Shown here: in pieces, positions 28,393-36,696 of the stretch
Position numbering within the stretch: the stretch's first letter is position 1
How the letters are laid out: every line of letters starts with the position of its first letter
Source of the DNA: Anaerolineales bacterium
GTDB lineage: Bacteria; Chloroflexota; Anaerolineae; Anaerolineales; E44-bin32
Reading direction: 5' to 3'
NCBI GenBank assembly: GCA_037382465.1
Contig: JARRPX010000013.1
Coordinates: 6,640 to 70,639, forward strand
Length of the DNA: 64,000 bases
Position numbers and translations under genes: made by a program
Notes under the pieces: generated by a model
What the model was told of the DNA's origin: nothing
Databases searched by the model: none
What the model saw: only the letters and a program-made list of their open reading frames with translations

Positions 28393-29466
28393 TCAAGCGT
28401 TAAAACACACTTTGAAGATCGCTTGGATATCGACGTTTTCCGTCATGAGCTGCAGGAAGGTGTTGATCTTTTCGGGTTGACCAAGCCGCGTCTTCCCGTG
28501 CGTCCGCTCGATCGAATCGACGGTCTCCATTGTATTGTCTTTAACCAGAAGAATCGGCACTTTCAGTGATTCAGCCTGCTGAATGATCAACGGACTGGGC
28601 TGTAGATTTCCGGTCAGGATCAGGACGGAGGTCGAGGTTTCCAACGCCGCAAGCTGGATGTCCGTCCGGTCTCCGCCCGTAATCACCGCTTTGTGCTGGT
28701 AGCGGCGGAAGCGAGAAAGAGCGGCGTCCGCCGTCATGGCGCCGACGGTAAATCGCTCCACCAGCGCGTCGGGATCGACTTGTCTGGTGAGAATCTCGGC
28801 GTCCAACAAATCAACCAGTTCGCCGATACTGAGCGCGGAGAGATGGGGGACGCTGGGTAGAGAGCCGAGCACGCGAATGCCGTGTTCCTCGAGATATGGA
28901 CGGGCGTAGTCCTGGATGAATTCGTGCCCTTCTTCGGGGACGCGGTTGATGATGACGCCGCATAATTGCTCTCCAAGTCGAAACTGGGCCGTGAGCACAT
29001 CGTCGACGAGGCGCATCTCGCCTGAATAGGCGACCAGCACAAGAGCGGGTGCGCCGAGCATTTCGGCAACGCGCAGGTTGGACAGTCCCATGGCATACCC
29101 TTCCCTCAGGCTGGCGAGCCCTTCCAGGAGAAGCATGTCTTTGTCTTTAATGGCAGCATCGGCGGCTTCCTTGATTTTGCCCATCAGATCATCGTCGTCC
29201 ACACCCTTGAGACGTTTGCGAAGAGTCGAAGCGGTGACGATGACGGGGGCCGCTTTCGTCGGGTCGCCTTCCAGTCCCAATGCCTTATGGACGAAAACGG
29301 CATCCTCATCGGCAAGCGTCCCCTCCGGCGTTCGCCAGGGTTGTGTGCTGACGGGTTTGATGTAGGCGATTTTGTAACCATCGGATTGCAGTTGTTTGCC
29401 GAGCGCAAGGCAAACCGCTGTTTTGCCGGAATACGGTTCCAGCGAGGTGATATACAGTGCGTTCAT
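28393..29466 (-). CDS. BioD-like P-loop + DRTGG domain protein (stand-alone homologue of the Pta N-terminal region)
   Basis: Start at 'MNALYITSLEPYSGKTAV' (RBS GGGAG). C-terminal 'AVITGGDRTDIQLAAL...PILLVKDNT' is the DRTGG domain. Confidence 0.75.
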   Translation of the reverse strand: MNALYITSLEPYSGKTAVCLALGKQLQSDGYKIAYIKPVSTQPWRTPEGTLADEDAVFVHKALGLEGDPTKAAPVIVTASTLRKRLKGVDDDDLMGKIKEAADAAIKDKDMLLLEGLASLREGYAMGLSNLRVAEMLGAPALVLVAYSGEMRLVDDVLTAQFRLGEQLCGVIINRVPEEGHEFIQDYARPYLEEHGIRVLGSLPSVPHLSALSIGELVDLLDAEILTRQVDPDALVERFTVGAMTADAALSRFRRYQHKAVITGGDRTDIQLAALETSTSVLILTGNLQPSPLIIQQAESLKVPILLVKDNTMETVDSIERTHGKTRLGQPEKINTFLQLMTENVDIQAIFKVCFNA

Positions 29467-29512
29467 GACGAACTCCCTAATTCCATTGCGTGAACTTTTA
29501 ATGGTTCCGCTT

Positions 29513-31528
29513 TCATTTCCAGTCCTGTACCAGCTGTCCGATTCGAAGCAGGGCGTCGATGATGGCTTGCTTATCGACGGGAGGCTGGCCGCGGACACCG
29601 TCCAGGAGGGCGTGGGTGCGGATTTCGTTCAACATTGCCTCGGCCTCGGCGCGCGAGAAAGGCGCAACACGGAAGGCAACGTCCTTGATGATTTCAACAT
29701 AGATGCCTCCCAGGCCGAAAGTCACCAATGGACCGAATTGAGGATCACGGTTCATACCGATGAGAACCTCCAGACCTTCCGGCACCATTTTCTGCACCAG
29801 ACATCCCCAGAGACGCGCTTCGGGCAGGTAGCGCTGGGCGCGATAGGTGATCAGGTCGAACGCATCCCGCACATCGGTCGCCTCCCGCAGCCCGACTTTT
29901 ACCCCTCCGACGTCTGTCTTGTGCAGGATATCCGGGGAGGCAACTTTCAATACGACCGGATAACCCATTTCGGAGGCAATTTCGACGGCTTCATCGGCTG
30001 TGTGTGCAAGTTGGGACGGGGGGATGCGCAAGTCATACGCCTCGAGGATAGAGCGTGCTTCCGCGTCCCCGATGGCAACCCTGCCTTCTTCGAACGCCTT
30101 GTCGATCGTTGCGCGGACGCTATCGCGATCGACATCAAAGGTCTCGAAGGTTGGTAATGGCTCGGCTTTATACCTGCGGTAGGTGCTCATAGAGTTGAAC
30201 ACTTGCGCTGCCCGCTCGGGGAAGATGAAATTGGGCAATTTGTGTTCCTCGAGAATCTCCGCACCTTCTTCGATGCGTGCTTCACCCATGAAGCAGCCCA
30301 TGATGGGAACTTCCACCTCGTTGGCGATGTCGACGACTACTTTTGCCGTTTCGGCGATTTCGGTCATCGCTTGTGGGGTGAGTATGACTAAAACGCCGTC
30401 GACGTTGGGATCCTTCGTCACCTGCTCCAAAGCGAAACGGTACCGGTCGGCGCGGGCATCACCGAGCACGTCGACCGGATTTGCCGCACTGGCCGCATCC
30501 GGAAGGAATTTCTCCAACTGCCGCAGGCATTCGGGTTTGAAGCGGGCGAGTTTCAAACCCGCGCGCTCGAGTGCATCGGTGGCAAGTATGCCCGGACCGC
30601 CGGCGTTGGTGACGATGGCAATGCGGTCGCCTTTCAGAGGCGGCAGGTACCCGAACGCCAGGGCGTTGTCGAAAAGATCCTGCAGCGACGTGGCGCGCAG
30701 GACGCCGGCCTGCCGGAACGCGGCGGTATAGGCTTGCTCCGAGCCCGCCAACGAGCCGGTGTGTGAACTTACCGCACGCGATCCGGCTTGAGTCGTCCCG
30801 GATTTGAGTACGATGATGGGTTTGAGTTTGGAAACACGGCGTGCAACGTCGATAAACTCTTGCCCGTCCGGAAGACCTTCGATGTAGGCCAGGATGACGT
30901 TTGAATTTGGGTCGTCAGCCCAGGCGCGCAGCAGATCGGTTTCGCTCACGTCCGCTTTGTTGCCCAGGGAGACGAATTTATTCAGCCCCAACTTGCCGGC
31001 TTGTGCCCAATCCAGGATCGCAGTGCCCAGGGCGCCGGACTGCGACATAAAATCCATCGGTCCGCCGGGAGGTAATCCGGCGGAGAATGAGGCGTTGAGC
31101 GGCGTGACCGTATCGATGACCCCGAGGCAGTTGGGTCCGATCAGACGAATGTCGTATTTCTTTGCCAGGTCGATAAGTTCGTTTTCTCGCTCCAAACCTT
31201 CCATCCCTGCCTCTCGGAAACCGGCGCTGATGACGATGACCGCAGGGATTTCCTTTTCGCCACAGTCATGCATGACATCCGGCACGATTGGGTAGGGGAT
31301 GACGATGACGGCCAAATCGATCGGGCCCGGCACGTCCGTCACAGAGGGATAGGCGGGCAGATCGAGGATGCTGTCCGCCTTGGGGTTGATCGGATACACT
31401 TTCCGATCGTCGTTCAGGAATCCGCCGTTGACCAGGTTGTCAAGCACGGCATAACCGAGCTTTTCGGGATTCGTAGATGCGCCGATGACGGCGACTGATT
31501 TTGGTGTGAAGAAAGCATCCAGGCTCAA
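29513..31528 (-). CDS. acetate--CoA ligase (ADP-forming), fused alpha/beta (NDP-forming acyl-CoA synthetase)
   Basis: TTG start after GGGAGGA. CoA-binding 'KSVAVIGAS', 'GPNCLGV', 'SQSGALG'. C-terminal ATP-grasp 'YPVVLKVASPDILHKTDVGGV'. Confidence 0.9.
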   Translation of the reverse strand: MSLDAFFTPKSVAVIGASTNPEKLGYAVLDNLVNGGFLNDDRKVYPINPKADSILDLPAYPSVTDVPGPIDLAVIVIPYPIVPDVMHDCGEKEIPAVIVISAGFREAGMEGLERENELIDLAKKYDIRLIGPNCLGVIDTVTPLNASFSAGLPPGGPMDFMSQSGALGTAILDWAQAGKLGLNKFVSLGNKADVSETDLLRAWADDPNSNVILAYIEGLPDGQEFIDVARRVSKLKPIIVLKSGTTQAGSRAVSSHTGSLAGSEQAYTAAFRQAGVLRATSLQDLFDNALAFGYLPPLKGDRIAIVTNAGGPGILATDALERAGLKLARFKPECLRQLEKFLPDAASAANPVDVLGDARADRYRFALEQVTKDPNVDGVLVILTPQAMTEIAETAKVVVDIANEVEVPIMGCFMGEARIEEGAEILEEHKLPNFIFPERAAQVFNSMSTYRRYKAEPLPTFETFDVDRDSVRATIDKAFEEGRVAIGDAEARSILEAYDLRIPPSQLAHTADEAVEIASEMGYPVVLKVASPDILHKTDVGGVKVGLREATDVRDAFDLITYRAQRYLPEARLWGCLVQKMVPEGLEVLIGMNRDPQFGPLVTFGLGGIYVEIIKDVAFRVAPFSRAEAEAMLNEIRTHALLDGVRGQPPVDKQAIIDALLRIGQLVQDWK

Positions 31529-31788
31529 ATTCGAATCCTCCCACGCATAGTTTAACCTCGGATGATGAGAAGCTCAAATGGAGGATGGTCACTTTGCGGC
31601 GGAAGCTGTGATGACATTTATCCCCTCTAGGATAAAGTGTTCTACAATGTTTCAGGAAGTAATATTGTGCTCCAGATCGGGCGGCGGAGCAACTCGATCT
31701 ACGCGCGAGATGCGTTCACGGGCACCGCGTGTTTGTCGAATCCGGTCCATTGGTATGAAATATCATAACCGAAGTAGGATACGTTCGA

Positions 31789-33078
31789 ATGACTGACTTC
31801 GATGTCATCGTGATTGGCGGCGGCCCCGCCGGAATGATGGCTGCCGGTACGGCGGCTGTGTCCGGCGCAAAGACGACCCTGCTGGAGAAGATGGACCAGC
31901 CCGGTCGAAAGCTCCGCATCACGGGTAAAGGACGCTGTAATCTGACCAACTCGACCCCGTTGGAAGATTTTATCGCTCATTTCGGTGAAAACGGCCGTGT
32001 TCTGTACTCTGCATTTTCACGCTTTTTCAACACTGAGTTGACGGGTTTCATGCGGCAGTTGGGGATTCAAACCGTAGAGGAACGAGGCGGGAGAATCTTT
32101 CCGATTCATGACGATGCACAGGAGATCGTTTCGGCATTGGAAGCCTGGATGGTGGAGAACGGCGTGGTTCTGCAAACGCGGGCGAAGGTCGAGAATTTGA
32201 TCGTGGAGAACGATCGCCTCGAGGGTGCGGCCTACGTCGAGAAGCAATCTCCCGCACTCCGGTCCAAATCGGGGGGCGACAGCATAATTCGGCGCAGTCG
32301 AGCGCATGCCGTAATCCTGGCAACCGGCGGCGCTTCCTACCCCGGCACGGGATCGACGGGGGACGGTTACCGGCTGGCGGCATCCGTGGGACACACGATC
32401 GTGCCGATCCGCCCGGCGCTCGTCCCGCTCGAGATCGAAGGCGACTTGCCGGCGCGGCTGCAGGGGCTGAGTCTGCGGAATGTCAACCTGCGTTTCCTTC
32501 ACCAGGATGACGCCTTCGCCGAAGCGTTCGGTGAGATGTTGTTCACGCACTTCGGTGTGTCCGGACCCATCGTCTTGAGCCAAAGCCTGAAGGTAGTCGA
32601 TGCGTTGCGGGCGGGTCGGCGCGTGGAACTATCGATCGACCTGAAGCCCGCATTGGACGACGCGAAACTGGATGCTCGACTGCTGCGGGATCTGGACACG
32701 CACGGGAAACGTCAATTCCAGACCATCCTGAAGGATTTGCTTCCGCATAAACTGATCCCGGTGTGTATCGACCTGGTGGGGATTCCCGCCAGAAAACCGG
32801 CGCATCAGATTACCGCAGATGAGCGCCAGCGGCTGCGTACCTGGCTGAAGGATTTCCGGCTTTCGGTTTCAGGTCATCGTTCGTTCAGGGAAGCCATCGT
32901 CACCGCTGGAGGCATAGATCTGCGGGAAGTAGATCCGCGCACGATGGGTTCAAAACTCGTGGATGGGCTGTATTTCGCCGGCGAAGTGCTGGATCTGGAT
33001 GCCGATACGGGAGGCTATAACCTGCAGGCCGCCTTCTCGACGGGCTGGCTCGCCGGTAAATCGGCGGCTGACAGCTGA
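31789..33078 (+). CDS. HI0933/BaiN-family NAD(P)/FAD-dependent oxidoreductase
   Basis: 'DVIVIGGGPAGMMAA', 'TGKGRCNLTN', and C-terminal 'DTGGYNLQAAFSTGWLAG'. Confidence 0.88.
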   Translation: MTDFDVIVIGGGPAGMMAAGTAAVSGAKTTLLEKMDQPGRKLRITGKGRCNLTNSTPLEDFIAHFGENGRVLYSAFSRFFNTELTGFMRQLGIQTVEERGGRIFPIHDDAQEIVSALEAWMVENGVVLQTRAKVENLIVENDRLEGAAYVEKQSPALRSKSGGDSIIRRSRAHAVILATGGASYPGTGSTGDGYRLAASVGHTIVPIRPALVPLEIEGDLPARLQGLSLRNVNLRFLHQDDAFAEAFGEMLFTHFGVSGPIVLSQSLKVVDALRAGRRVELSIDLKPALDDAKLDARLLRDLDTHGKRQFQTILKDLLPHKLIPVCIDLVGIPARKPAHQITADERQRLRTWLKDFRLSVSGHRSFREAIVTAGGIDLREVDPRTMGSKLVDGLYFAGEVLDLDADTGGYNLQAAFSTGWLAGKSAADS

Positions 33079-33087
33079 CATAAAAGT

Positions 33088-33957
33088 CTACGGTTTTTCA
33101 GATGGTTCCGGCGTCGGCGTGGGCGTGAGATAGGGCGGGATGTTGATCAGCACCCACGTGGTGTAGCCGTGTTTCTCAGCGGTGTAGATGCGTGCACTTG
33201 ATGGTTCGAGACAGCCTGGTTCGTCGTGCAGAAAAGCCGGTGGATTCCAGAAGTGTAGCGGTGTAAATCGCAGCTGCCCGTCCTGGCACAGCCAGGCTTC
33301 GATCAGGTAGCCACGGTCGTCGTCGAGGCTCATTGGAACCAGGTCCCAGTTGACCATGATGTCTCCACTTTCAACACGGCTCGAGCTTACGTTGCGCGGC
33401 GCCCAATAGAATTCGGTATAAGGAAGCAGCGTACGGATTTGCACCAGACTCTCTACATCGCCGCTGAGTATCTCCAGGAATTCGGTTTTCACCCAACAGT
33501 AATCGATGTAGGTCCAGGGGTCGACGTAAACCCAGGTGCCGTCTTGATTGCGTCCGAGGACCGTCACCCGATTTTTCGGGAAGAGTCCCCATTCGTAAAG
33601 ATAGGCCGAGCCGGGGCCGTAGCGGCAGTTGGACTGCACCAGGACGCGTGCTTGTACCACTTGCGTGGGCGTGATGGTGGGGGTGTTGCTGGGGGTCGGC
33701 GTCTGGCTGGGCGTCAGGGTGATGGTCGGTGAGGGAGTGATGCTTGGTGTGAGGGTCTTCGTTGGCGTCAAGCTCGGCGTGAATGACGCCGTGGGCGAGT
33801 TGGTTGCGGAGGGCGTGATCGTTTCGGTCGGAGTCGCTGTCGAAGTCCTTGTGGGCGTCGGGGTAGAGAAAATTTGGTCATCGAGTACGACTCCCGAGCC
33901 AAATCCTGCGGCAAACAACACGATACCGACGAGAAGAAATAGATACCAGCGTTTCAT
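33088..33957 (-). CDS. membrane-anchored Pro/Thr-rich protein with SH3b-like domain
   Basis: Start at 'MKRWYLFLLVGIVLFAA'. An ~80-aa T/P/S linker. 'CRYGPGSAYLYEWGLFPKNRVTVLGRNQDGTWVYV' resembles bacterial SH3. Confidence 0.6.
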   Translation of the reverse strand: MKRWYLFLLVGIVLFAAGFGSGVVLDDQIFSTPTPTRTSTATPTETITPSATNSPTASFTPSLTPTKTLTPSITPSPTITLTPSQTPTPSNTPTITPTQVVQARVLVQSNCRYGPGSAYLYEWGLFPKNRVTVLGRNQDGTWVYVDPWTYIDYCWVKTEFLEILSGDVESLVQIRTLLPYTEFYWAPRNVSSSRVESGDIMVNWDLVPMSLDDDRGYLIEAWLCQDGQLRFTPLHFWNPPAFLHDEPGCLEPSSARIYTAEKHGYTTWVLINIPPYLTPTPTPEPSEKP

Positions 33958-34071
33958 AGGTATGATTTTCAACGTAGAACGGATTTCGTGCAAGTGTACG
34001 ATGGTCCAAATCGGATGAGCCCGCATTCACGATAAGTTACCCGAATTTGTTGGGTATTCCGATAAATGCCC

Positions 34072-34668
34072 TCAGTGTGAACCGCCGAGAAGCAAACTGA
34101 TGATGATGGAGATACCACCGGCGATAACGGTGCGCAGTCCGTAGAGGAAAACGTTCTGGCGGGATACGCGGCCCAGGAAGACGCCTAAGCCAAACAATGC
34201 CAGCAGCGACAAGCCGAGTGCGCTGAAGTAGACCCAGTGAACCGTGGGGAAGAGGTGCGCGAAGAAGAAGGGGAGCAACACGATCAAGGCGGCCAGGAAG
34301 GGCGAAAATCCGTCCACCGCTGCGACGATCACCACGGCGGCGCGCGAAGCTTCCCCCAGGCTCGTTTCGCTCAAGCTGGTGAGTGTGATCCCTTCGAGTT
34401 CGTGGAGCTCCCGCTGGCGTTCGGCGGCCTCGGTGAGGTAGGCGCCCCACAGTCCTGAAATACCCATGGCGATGCACGTCGTCATACCGGTCGTCACGAC
34501 GATTCTGGGTTCTTCGACGCCGGCGGTAAAGTTTCCCATGAGCACGCCGATGATGGTCAACACACCATCGAAGGCGTTCATCGCAAAGTAGCGCCGAGCG
34601 ATCTCGCCGATATTGGAGAGTCGATTGTAGCGCCGAAATCTTTGTGCAAAGCGTTCCAGAGGGTTCAC
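34072..34668 (-). CDS. VIT1/CCC1-family (vacuolar iron transporter-like) membrane protein
   Basis: GTG start. The N-terminal 'FAMNAFDGVLTIIGVLMG' and TM layout are typical of short VIT-family proteins. Confidence 0.65.
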   Translation of the reverse strand: MNPLERFAQRFRRYNRLSNIGEIARRYFAMNAFDGVLTIIGVLMGNFTAGVEEPRIVVTTGMTTCIAMGISGLWGAYLTEAAERQRELHELEGITLTSLSETSLGEASRAAVVIVAAVDGFSPFLAALIVLLPFFFAHLFPTVHWVYFSALGLSLLALFGLGVFLGRVSRQNVFLYGLRTVIAGGISIIISLLLGGSH

Positions 34669-34704
34669 GTGTTCATCCGGAGCGATTCGAATCTACCACT
34701 GGAT

Positions 34705-34992
34705 TTAGTCCTGCAGGGTGGAGGCGTCATCGATGATGGCCTTCCCCGCGACTGCTTCGTCGATCGAGTGAATCGAACCGCCCAATTCCCGGATGAGATC
34801 CCGCACGGTCTCAAAATTGATATCGGATCCTTCGATGGTCACCTTGGCGTTCTCCACTTTCCGGTCGATTTCATAGATGCTGATGTTTACGGAATCCACA
34901 CCCGGCAATTCGCTGATCTGTTGGGCGAGCTCAATGATCGTCGGCTCGAGGGGTTTTAGCGTATCGAGCACCAGTCGTCGTACGGCTCCCAT
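34705..34992 (-). CDS. DUF211-family small protein
   Basis: 'RRLVLDTLKPLEPTIIELAQQISELPGVDSVNISIYEIDRKVENAKVTIEGSDINFETVRDLIRELGGSIHSIDE' matches my recollection of DUF211. ATG is 8 nt after GGAG. It lies 36 nt upstream of the VIT gene. Confidence 0.6.
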   Translation of the reverse strand: MGAVRRLVLDTLKPLEPTIIELAQQISELPGVDSVNISIYEIDRKVENAKVTIEGSDINFETVRDLIRELGGSIHSIDEAVAGKAIIDDASTLQD

Positions 34993-35211
34993 ACTACACA
35001 CTCCAATTTACTGCAGGAATCGGTCTTTATTGTAACAGGTTGTCATCATCAGGGCCTCGCGATCGTTTATGAACAACCGGGTTGATCCTGGGTTGATGTT
35101 GCCGAGATAATGCGTCGGGTTCAGTTTTCATTGAAGACTCTCTGATATTCTGGTACTTGCTGGAAGCGTATTACGATACATTTTTTTACACCGCGAGTTT
35201 GGGGTGTGATC

Positions 35212-36372
35212 ATGAACGACGCACGAACGATGTGTCAGCTAATTCAAGATTCTGCGATCATTTTCGATTTGCATGCGCACCCCTCGCTGAAATGGTCGAT
35301 CATGCGACGGATTTTTACGTTGAATCACAAGGCTGCGCCTCGCTTCGATCCCTTTAGTCTGCGAACGGATTTTTCGAAACTGCGTGCCGGTGGAATCTCG
35401 GCTTTGAATTCGGTGATCTATGCGCCTGAGAAGGGACTGCTGGATGATTGTGGATTGCTGCGTTTGCTGCGTTTTTCCCTACCCGTCTATAAGGATATTG
35501 CATCGCAGCAGTATTTCAAGCTCACGCTCAAGATGCTGGACGAGATCGAGAATATGGTAAACGAGGCGGTAGCCCCGGAGACGGGTGAACCATTGGCGAA
35601 GATGGCACTTTCCTTACGGGAGTTGAATGATTTACTTTCGCTTGGAGGAAAAGGTCCCATCGCTTACGTTCATTGCGTGGAAGGTGCGCACAGCATAGAA
35701 CTCGACATTAATAAACTGGAAACCCTCTTCGAGCGCGGTGTAGCATATCTCACCCTGGCTCATTTCTACGACAACGGTGTCGCGCCGCCGGTCTTTCCGT
35801 TTCCCGAAACGATGCAGAAGCTGGGTTGTTTCGGAGGGAAACGCGATCTAACCAGGGGTTTGAGTGAATTGGGGGTGAAGGTAGTGGAGCGGATGATTGA
35901 GTTGGGCATGTTGATCGACGTCACACATTGCACGCCTCCTGCGCGGAGACAAATCTACGACATCGTTGGAGATCGAGCGCCGCTCCTGGCCACGCACGTT
36001 GGCACCGCCGAGATCAACCCAAGCCCCTACAATCTACAGGATTGGGAAGTTCGAACCATCGCTGAAAAGGGCGGCGTTGTCGGCGTGATCTTCATGAACT
36101 ACTGGCTTGCGCCCTATCATCGTCTGCGCGGGATCGATTTCGTCTCTCAAACACTACGGCATTTCCATCAGATTGCCGGTGAGGATCACGTGGGTTTTGG
36201 AAGCGATTTCGACGGTTTCACCGACCCTCCGGATGATTTGAAGGATGCGGGTGAAATGAAGTTCTTGATTCAACGTTTAGTCGTCGATGGATATTCTCAG
36301 ACACAGATCGAGAAGTTATTAGGTTTGAACGCGTGGCGTGTGTTGCGTGATGGCTGGGGCAAAACAGGGTGA
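35212..36372 (+). CDS. membrane dipeptidase (peptidase M19)
   Basis: 'IIFDLHAHP', 'LTLAHFYDNG', 'IDVTHCTP', 'HVGFGSDFDGF' are the metal-ligand motifs of renal-dipeptidase-type enzymes. Confidence 0.85.
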   Translation: MNDARTMCQLIQDSAIIFDLHAHPSLKWSIMRRIFTLNHKAAPRFDPFSLRTDFSKLRAGGISALNSVIYAPEKGLLDDCGLLRLLRFSLPVYKDIASQQYFKLTLKMLDEIENMVNEAVAPETGEPLAKMALSLRELNDLLSLGGKGPIAYVHCVEGAHSIELDINKLETLFERGVAYLTLAHFYDNGVAPPVFPFPETMQKLGCFGGKRDLTRGLSELGVKVVERMIELGMLIDVTHCTPPARRQIYDIVGDRAPLLATHVGTAEINPSPYNLQDWEVRTIAEKGGVVGVIFMNYWLAPYHRLRGIDFVSQTLRHFHQIAGEDHVGFGSDFDGFTDPPDDLKDAGEMKFLIQRLVVDGYSQTQIEKLLGLNAWRVLRDGWGKTG

Positions 36373-36397
36373 GTTTTGCCGTTTGTTGCTCGTTTTT
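36358..36397 (+). terminator. intrinsic terminator overlapping the dipeptidase stop codon
   Basis: 8-bp stem 'ggcaaaac'/'gttttgcc' followed by 'gtttgttgctcgttttt'. Confidence 0.6.
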
Positions 36398-36696
36398 ACG
36401 TGTATTTACAATGCCCGAGGTGCTCCGTAAAAAATCAGTTCGTTGAGGCAGTCCGGCCGGGCTGCTTTCGATGCGGATACATTTTCCACTGAGAAGGTGT
36501 ATCATCTTGGATAGGGTAAATATATGCTATAAAATGCTCCTTTACGACAATCCATGAATTCGACTTCGATGGTAAAACGAGCATTTCAGGCAGGGCGGCT
36601 TTACCGCGATCTGAAGCATCATCCAACAAGGCCTCACATCTGCTTCATGGACTGAATATGTCGTGTAAATGAGTATGTGAAGGAATCTCTACGCGA

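Noticed and set aside
33640-33860. Repetitive G/T-rich DNA, together with similar stretches at 12290..12390 and 16200..16300, considered as possible repeat arrays or CRISPR
   Set aside because: They are the coding sequences (sense or antisense) of Pro/Thr-rich linkers (ACN/CCN codons) in secreted proteins. They have no repeat-spacer periodicity and no cas genes.
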